DNA from: Pseudomonadota bacterium | GTDB lineage: Archaea; Thermoplasmatota; SW-10-69-26; JACQPN01; JAJPHT01 | DNA length: 64,000 nucleotides | Assembly: GCA_021325135.1 (NCBI GenBank) | Contig: JAJPHT010000020.1 | Location: forward strand, 1-64,000 | Reading direction: 5' to 3' | In this document: one piece after another, positions 58,341 through 64,000 of the stretch | Layout of the letters: every line of letters begins with the position of its first letter | How positions within the stretch are numbered: position 1 is the first letter of the stretch | Notes under the pieces: model-generated | Seen by the model: only the letters and a program-made list of their open reading frames with translations | Databases searched by the model: none | Told to the model about the DNA's origin: nothing | Program-made: the position numbers and the translations under genes

Positions 58341-58763
58341 ATGAGGGCCTTGGAGCGGGCGGCCGGGGGGCTCTCCCTCTTCGCGGGGCTCGTCCACGCC
58401 GACCTGGGGCCCGCCCACTTCCGCGTCTGGTGGGGCTACGGCCTCTTCTTCGCCGTCGCCGCCCTTGCGCAACTTCTCCTGGGGCTGGCGCTCCTCCTGG
58501 ACGCCCTCGACCCCGCCCGCCTGGGGCCCTCCCTGCCGAGGCTGAAGCGCGCGATGTACGCCTCGGGCATCGTGGGGAACGCGCTCCTCATCGGCCTCTA
58601 TGTCCTCACGCGCACGTGGGGCATCCCCCTCTTCGGGCCCGCGGCGGGGGGCATCGAGCGCGTGGCGCCGCTGGACGTCGCGACGGAGATCGCGCAGGCG
58701 GGGACCATCGCGCTCCTTGCGACGCTCCTCGCGAGGACCCCCAAGGGTTATGCGGCGCGCTGA
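58341..58763 (+). CDS. Hypothetical membrane protein
   Basis: AG.VH.....HF..WW.YG.FF, Y..TRT.G.P.GP motif. Confidence 0.75.
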   Translation: MRALERAAGGLSLFAGLVHADLGPAHFRVWWGYGLFFAVAALAQLLLGLALLLDALDPARLGPSLPRLKRAMYASGIVGNALLIGLYVLTRTWGIPLFGPAAGGIERVAPLDVATEIAQAGTIALLATLLARTPKGYAAR

Positions 58764-58777
58764 GGGTGCGCGGCGCC

Positions 58778-59719
58778 ATGGCGCTCCTCCCGGTGGGGTG
58801 GGTCCCGAAGCTGGAGCTGCTCGTCATCGCCGCGGGCCTCGCCTACGTCCTGCGCCCCGCTGTGCCCAAGGCCTACGCGCTGGGCATCCTCATGCTCGCC
58901 GTCTACGCGCTGGACGTCGTGGGCGGCCTGCTGGGCCAGGGGAGCGTCACGCCGGAGCTTGGCTTCCGCGCGGACCGCCTCCTCCACGGCGACGCGTGGT
59001 GGACGCCCGTCACCGCGATGTTCGTCCACGCCGGGCTCGCCCACCTCGTGGGCAACCTGTTCATCCTCCTCACCGCGGGCCCCGCGCTGGAGGACCGCGT
59101 CGGCGAGCGCAAGTTCCTCGTCATCTTCTTCGCCGCCGGCCTCGCCGGCTTCGCCGCGCACGCGATCCTGGCGTACACGACGACCATCGTCACGCCCGGA
59201 GAGCTGGCCGTGGGCGCGTCGGGCGCCATCTTCGGCGTGCTCACCGCCTTCGCGCTGCGCCACCCGCGGGAGCGCCTGCCGCTGATCATGCTCTTCGTGC
59301 TCTGGCTCCCCGCCATCGCGGTCCTGGGCATCTACCTCGTCTACAACGTCGCGCTCATGTTCCTGGACAGCGGCGTCGCGTGGTGGGGCCACTTCGCCGG
59401 CTTCCTCGTGGGCATGGCCTTCGCGTACACGCTCCCCCGCGTCGACCCGCGCTCGCCCGTGGGGCGCAGGCCCCGCGTGGACGCCGAGAAGCTGGCGCCC
59501 TACGCCACGACGCCCGAGACCCGCCGCATCGTCGAGCAGGTGCGCACGCTGAGCACCGGCACGCCCACCAAGGACGACGCCGTCTTCGCCGACGCCTGGG
59601 TGGATCGCTTCTTCTCCAAGGCCACCTGCCCCCAGGGGCACGCCTTCACGCGCTCCGGGACGCACGCCACCTGCTCTGGAGGCGAGACGACGGTGGAGTT
59701 CGCGCGGGCCGCGAAATGA
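58778..59719 (+). CDS. Rhomboid-family intramembrane serine protease
   Basis: T.MF.H....H..GN, GASGAIFG, H..GF..G. Confidence 0.92.
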   Translation: MALLPVGWVPKLELLVIAAGLAYVLRPAVPKAYALGILMLAVYALDVVGGLLGQGSVTPELGFRADRLLHGDAWWTPVTAMFVHAGLAHLVGNLFILLTAGPALEDRVGERKFLVIFFAAGLAGFAAHAILAYTTTIVTPGELAVGASGAIFGVLTAFALRHPRERLPLIMLFVLWLPAIAVLGIYLVYNVALMFLDSGVAWWGHFAGFLVGMAFAYTLPRVDPRSPVGRRPRVDAEKLAPYATTPETRRIVEQVRTLSTGTPTKDDAVFADAWVDRFFSKATCPQGHAFTRSGTHATCSGGETTVEFARAAK

Positions 59720-59732
59720 TATCTCCATTCGC

Positions 59733-59841
59733 CCAGGGTCCAAAGAACGCGATGAGCGCGAAGAGCGCAAAGGACGCGACGACGAAAGGAACCCTCGCGA
59801 CCTTGGCGCTCTTCGCGCTCATCGCGTTCTTTGGACCCTGG
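59733..59841. mobile_element. MITE-like 109-bp palindromic element, family C (copy 2)
   Basis: CCAGGGTCCAAAGAACGCGATGAGCGCGAAGAGCGC ... reverse complement; closely similar to 55666-55780; between convergent genes. Confidence 0.7.
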
Positions 59842-59854
59842 ACCAGAGCAGTCA

Positions 59855-60367
59855 TCACCGCCGCTGCGCCGCCAGGTAGTCCACCACGCGGGAAGCCAGA
59901 GCCCGCGCGTCCCGCGTCGCCTTGAGGTCCATGAGGATCTCGCCCTCGCGCGCGGCGCGGCCCACGACGTACCCGACGAAGGCCATGCGGTGGACGGCGA
60001 AGAAGTGGGCGAGACCCATGCAGGCCAGCTCGCCGCCGCTCTCGGACTCCACCGCGAGGGCCGCGCCGACCTTGCCTTCGAACGCGCCGCGCCGGGCGTC
60101 CTCCCACGTCGCGTCCAGGAGGGCCTTGAGGCGCGCGGCGGGCATGCCGAAGTGGCTGGGCGTCCCCAGGAGGATCGCGTCGGCCTCGCGCATCTTGGCC
60201 GTGATGATATCAAAGGCGTCCGTATTGCGCCGGCCGGGCGCGCCGTAGTCCGCCAGCGCGACGAGGTCCACCTGCGCGCGGCCGCGCACGGCCTTCAGCG
60301 CCTCGTCCAGGAGGACCGTGGTGTTGCCCTTCGCCCGGGGGCTGCCGGAGATCGCCAGGACCCTCAT
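59855..60367 (-). CDS. Flavodoxin / NADPH-dependent FMN reductase family protein
   Basis: ISGSPR..GNT, ADAI.LGTP..F, LKALLD, GKVG. Confidence 0.85.
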   Translation of the reverse strand: MRVLAISGSPRAKGNTTVLLDEALKAVRGRAQVDLVALADYGAPGRRNTDAFDIITAKMREADAILLGTPSHFGMPAARLKALLDATWEDARRGAFEGKVGAALAVESESGGELACMGLAHFFAVHRMAFVGYVVGRAAREGEILMDLKATRDARALASRVVDYLAAQRR

Positions 60368-61185
60368 CCCTGCGCCCTCCTGCGGGGCTCGCGCCAGTCC
60401 CAGCCCGGCGTGCGGAAGCCCATCTTGGGGATCACAAGGGGGTTGCGCTTGTGGGCGCCCGCGAGGATGCGACGCTCCACGGCGCGCACGGTCTCCAGGG
60501 GCATGCCGCTCCTGCGCGCGACGGTGGCGGCGTCGTGCCCGCCCTCGAACTCCGCCAGCACGCGGTCCAGGTCCGCGTAGCGGATGCCCATCTCGCCCTC
60601 GTCGGTCTGGCCGGCGAAGAGGCCCGCCGTGGGGGGCTTCTCCACGATGGCGTCGGGAATCCCGACGTGCCGCGCCAGGGCCCACACCTCGGTCTTGTAG
60701 AGGTCGCCAATGGGGTACACGTCCGCCGCGCCGTCGCCCCACTTGGTGAAGTAGCCCGTGAGAAGCTCGCTCTTGTTGCCCGTGCCCAGCACGAGGCGGC
60801 CCGTGGCCGCGGCGTGCGCGTAGAGGACCAGCATCCTCGCGCGGGGCCTCACGTTGTGCGCGCCCATGCCCGTGGGCCGATGCGCGGGGCACGCCTCCTC
60901 CACCGCCGAGACGATGCGGGTGATCTCGACGCGCTCGTGGGGGATGCCCAGGTGGCGGCAGACCATCTCGCCGTGCGCCGCGTCCTGCGGGTCCGACGTC
61001 GCGTGGGGCAGCAGAAGGCCCAGCACGCGCTCCGCCCCCACGGCCTCCTTGGCGAGCGCCGCCACCAGCGCGCTGTCGATGCCGCCCGAGACGCCCAGGA
61101 CGTATCCCGAGGCGCCCGCCTCCTCGCCATACGTGCGGAGGAAGTCCACGAGCTGCCGCCGCGCGGCCTCGGGGTCGAACGCCAT
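60364..61185 (-). CDS. nadE: NH3-dependent NAD+ synthetase
   Basis: GVSGGIDSA, N...RARM, GTGNKSE..GYFTKWGDG, PIGDLYKTEV, KPPTAGL..GQTDE, HKR. Confidence 0.96.
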   Translation of the reverse strand: MAFDPEAARRQLVDFLRTYGEEAGASGYVLGVSGGIDSALVAALAKEAVGAERVLGLLLPHATSDPQDAAHGEMVCRHLGIPHERVEITRIVSAVEEACPAHRPTGMGAHNVRPRARMLVLYAHAAATGRLVLGTGNKSELLTGYFTKWGDGAADVYPIGDLYKTEVWALARHVGIPDAIVEKPPTAGLFAGQTDEGEMGIRYADLDRVLAEFEGGHDAATVARRSGMPLETVRAVERRILAGAHKRNPLVIPKMGFRTPGWDWREPRRRAQG

Positions 61186-61324
61186 CGGGCGGCCATCCTG
61201 GGGGCGCGGGAAAAGGGTTCCTCCCCGGGGGCCGGCCCCTTCGGCCCGCCAGGAGGGCCCTCCATTGGAAGCATCCACGCACATCCTGAAACGTCGCCGG
61301 GTCCATGCGAGGCCTGACCAAAGC

Positions 61325-62422
61325 ATGGCCGACCCGATCTTCACGGTGCTCGCCGTCCTCATCGTCATCGCCCTCCTGGTGCTCGCCCTCAGCGGCATCC
61401 GCATCGTGCAGCCCTACGAGCAGGGGCTCTGGATCGTGCTGGGCAAGTTCCGCGGCAAGCTGAACCCCGGCTTCAACTGGGTCTACCCGCTGGTCTCCCA
61501 GGTGGTGAAGCTCGACCTGCGCACGCAGGTCCTCGAGGTGCCGCGCCAGGAGGTCATCACCAAGGACAACTCGCCCACCAACGTGGACGCCATCGTGTAC
61601 CTGCGCGTGCTCACGCCCGACAAGGCGTTCTTCGAGGTCACGGACTACCGGCACGCCACCATCGCGCTGGCGCAGACGACGCTGCGCAGCATCATCGGCG
61701 ACATGGACCTCGACGAGGTGCTCTACAACCGCGAGCGCATCAACACGCGCCTGCGCGACATCCTCGACGAGGCGACCAGCAACTGGGGCGTCAAGGTGGA
61801 GAGCGTCGAGATCCGCGAGGTCGACCCCGTCGGCCGCGTCAAGACCGCCATGGAGGAGCAGACCTCCGCCGAGCGTGAGCGACGCGCGGCCATCCTGCGC
61901 GCGGACGGCGAGAAGCGCGCCAAGATCCTCACCGCCGAAGGCGACAAGAGGAGCCGCATCCTCCAGGCGGAGGGCGTGCGCCAGGCGAAGGTCCTGGAGG
62001 CCGAAGGCACGCGCGTCGCGCAGATCCTGGAGCGCCAGGGCCAGGCGCAGGGCCTCCGCATCCTCGCGCTTGGCGGCGCCACGCTGGACCAGAAGAGCCT
62101 CACCGTCCTCTCGCTGGACGCGCTCACCTCCCTGGGCGAAGGGCAGGCCACCAAGATCGTGCTCCCCTTCGAGGTCTCCACGCTGCTCAAGAACGCCAGC
62201 GAGTACGTGAAGGGCGGCGCGCAGGAGCCGCCGCGCCAGCCCAGCGACGTGCGCCAGCTGGAAGGCATCATCGGCGAGGCCGACAAGGTGCTGGGCCGCA
62301 TCCCCAGCCCCGACGAGCTGACCAAGGAGCTCTCCGTCATCGAGAAGGAGATCGAGGACGAGACCAAGAGCGCCGAGGACATGGCCAACGCCACCAAGGG
62401 GAAGTCGCCTCCCCCCGCCTGA
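61325..62422 (+). CDS. SPFH/band 7 (stomatin-like) protein
   Basis: N-terminal TM; QEVITKDN...VDA, AQTTLR.IIG...LDE, WGVKV..VE, AER.RRA.IL.A.G. Confidence 0.93.
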   Translation: MADPIFTVLAVLIVIALLVLALSGIRIVQPYEQGLWIVLGKFRGKLNPGFNWVYPLVSQVVKLDLRTQVLEVPRQEVITKDNSPTNVDAIVYLRVLTPDKAFFEVTDYRHATIALAQTTLRSIIGDMDLDEVLYNRERINTRLRDILDEATSNWGVKVESVEIREVDPVGRVKTAMEEQTSAERERRAAILRADGEKRAKILTAEGDKRSRILQAEGVRQAKVLEAEGTRVAQILERQGQAQGLRILALGGATLDQKSLTVLSLDALTSLGEGQATKIVLPFEVSTLLKNASEYVKGGAQEPPRQPSDVRQLEGIIGEADKVLGRIPSPDELTKELSVIEKEIEDETKSAEDMANATKGKSPPPA

Positions 62423-62583
62423 CCTCCCGAGCCCGGGTCGCATCATCTCCACCTAACACCGTTCCCCCGGGAGACGATGCGGCCCGCGGGCGGCCTCCAG
62501 GCGGAGGTCCTCTCTTCTGTAAGTCATTCTTCACAGGAATCCTCCGAAAATGGCTTTCCACCACCATCGTTGGTGGAGCGCGC

Positions 62584-62991
62584 ATGGCCATGTCCCGAAG
62601 CCTGGTTTCCGTCGGTCTGAGCCTCTTCGCCCTCCTCGCCACGGCCCTCCCCGCGGGCTCCGCCCTGGGCCACGTGCCCAGCCAGATCTCCGTCCACCTG
62701 CAAGGGGTCGCCAACTGCAACCTTTGCAGCTTCGACGTCCACACGTGGACCTTCGACTACGACGGCGCCAACGGCGGCTGCACGAGCGAGGTCCACCTCG
62801 ACGACAACGGCGTCGACGTCCCCTCGGACCCCGTCTGCGTGTACGTCACCGAGACGGCCATCACCATCACGGGCAACGGGGCCCACCTGGGCGGCGCGGG
62901 CGATGGCGAGGACGCCGGGGCCTTCGAGGTCTCGGGCGAGATCTGGGGCCAGCTCTCCGTGGGCGGCGGTCTCGTCACCGACGACGCCTAG
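62584..62991 (+). CDS. Small secreted acidic protein
   Basis: Signal peptide; Asp/Gly-rich mature region with 4 Cys. Confidence 0.65.
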   Translation: MAMSRSLVSVGLSLFALLATALPAGSALGHVPSQISVHLQGVANCNLCSFDVHTWTFDYDGANGGCTSEVHLDDNGVDVPSDPVCVYVTETAITITGNGAHLGGAGDGEDAGAFEVSGEIWGQLSVGGGLVTDDA

Positions 62992-63067
62992 GCGCAGGCG
63001 AGGGCGCCCCGCGTCCCACAGCCTATCGCAAAGCCTTATGTAGGGTCCTGGGCTCCTTTTCGCTCCG

Positions 63068-63979
63068 ATGGGCCTGGATTCTCCAGTGGTGCAAGCCCTC
63101 CTTCTGGCGGTCGTCTGGGCGGGCATCGGCCTCCTGGCCCTGGGCTACTTCTGGAAGGACAAGCGCAGCCACCTGCTGCGGGCGTGGGGCTGGGTCCTCT
63201 TCGCCTCGTACTGGCCCTTCCAGGCGCCGCACTTCTTCGGCGGCGACGAGCCCGACCCCATCAACGGCTGGTTCACGCTGCTGGGCCCGCTCTTTCTGCT
63301 TTGGGTCGCGTGGCACGAGTGGCGCTCCTACGCGTGGGACGAGGACCCTGCCGCGCTGCGCTGGTTCGCCGGCGCCTCCGCCGTCTCGGCGGCCACGTAC
63401 TTCGTCATCTTCCAGATCCCCGGCGTGCAGAATTGGATCATGCAGGGCACCGCGCAGCAAAGCGCGTGGCTCTACAACGTCCTCTTCAGCCACGCCAGCG
63501 GACACGTCGCCTACGTCCCCACCTCCAGCCTTTCCCCCGACGGCTACGACATCATGCTCACGGGCGACGGCAGCCCCTACGCCGTCACGGTCGTCCTGGC
63601 ATGCACGGCCATCCAGAGCATGATGATCTTCGTGGGCGCCATCGCGTGCCTCGCCGCCGACACGCGCCGCAAGATGTGGGGCTACCTCATGACGGTGCCC
63701 ACCATCTACTTCCTCAATCTCTTCCGCAACGCGGGCATCATCTACGGCTACCACGACCTGCATTGGAGCATGTTCGGCCTGGAGCCCTTCGAGTGGATGC
63801 ACTCCTACGTGGGCAAGATCGGCTCGCTGCTGGCGCTTGTGGTGATCGCGCTGGGCGTCTTCGCGACGCTCCCCGAGCTCCACAGCAACATCCTCGACCT
63901 CTTCGACCTCAGGAAGAGGAACAAGCCCGGCTTTTTCAAGCAGCCGCCCAAGGAGCAGGCTCCCGCGCCCGAGGCGTAA
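63068..63979 (+). CDS. artA: Archaeosortase A
   Basis: Multi-TM; LACTAIQS (catalytic Cys), LNLFRN (Arg), H...GK.GSL. Confidence 0.88.
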   Translation: MGLDSPVVQALLLAVVWAGIGLLALGYFWKDKRSHLLRAWGWVLFASYWPFQAPHFFGGDEPDPINGWFTLLGPLFLLWVAWHEWRSYAWDEDPAALRWFAGASAVSAATYFVIFQIPGVQNWIMQGTAQQSAWLYNVLFSHASGHVAYVPTSSLSPDGYDIMLTGDGSPYAVTVVLACTAIQSMMIFVGAIACLAADTRRKMWGYLMTVPTIYFLNLFRNAGIIYGYHDLHWSMFGLEPFEWMHSYVGKIGSLLALVVIALGVFATLPELHSNILDLFDLRKRNKPGFFKQPPKEQAPAPEA

Positions 63980-64000
63980 CGGGCCTCACGCGTGGTGCGC

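Overview
High-GC (roughly 70-75% by eye) archaeal chromosomal segment. Archaeal-type EF-1alpha, uS10, Elp3, Sua5 and archaeosortase A, together with a non-acidic proteome, suggest an uncultured Thermoplasmatota-like lineage rather than a haloarchaeon (inference). About 70 densely packed CDSs: translation and tRNA/rRNA modification (tuf, rpsJ, sua5, elp3, rlmE), lipoate metabolism (lipA, lplA), a dispersed futalosine menaquinone pathway (mqnE-mqnA-mqnC, mqnD, UbiA-family prenyltransferase), nadE, transporters, and many secreted or lipoprotein genes. No rRNA, tRNA, CRISPR array, integrase or transposase was recognised. Unexplained signals: (1) an AT-rich 8-mer TGATATCA/TGCTATCA that is strongly over-represented and forces rare codons inside genes, in different frames and on both strands; (2) a ~40-bp hairpin element next to direct duplications of host gene sequence at the tuf 3' end and in frame within mqnD, a 78-bp in-frame palindromic insertion in mqnA, and other REP/MITE-like palindromes; (3) a three-gene module of secreted PGRS-like glycine-rich protein, ArsR-HTH-FHA regulator and multi-TM Ser/Thr kinase; (4) an ORB-box cluster (candidate replication origin) with no adjacent orc1/cdc6; (5) several unrelated secreted microproteins, each with exactly four cysteines.
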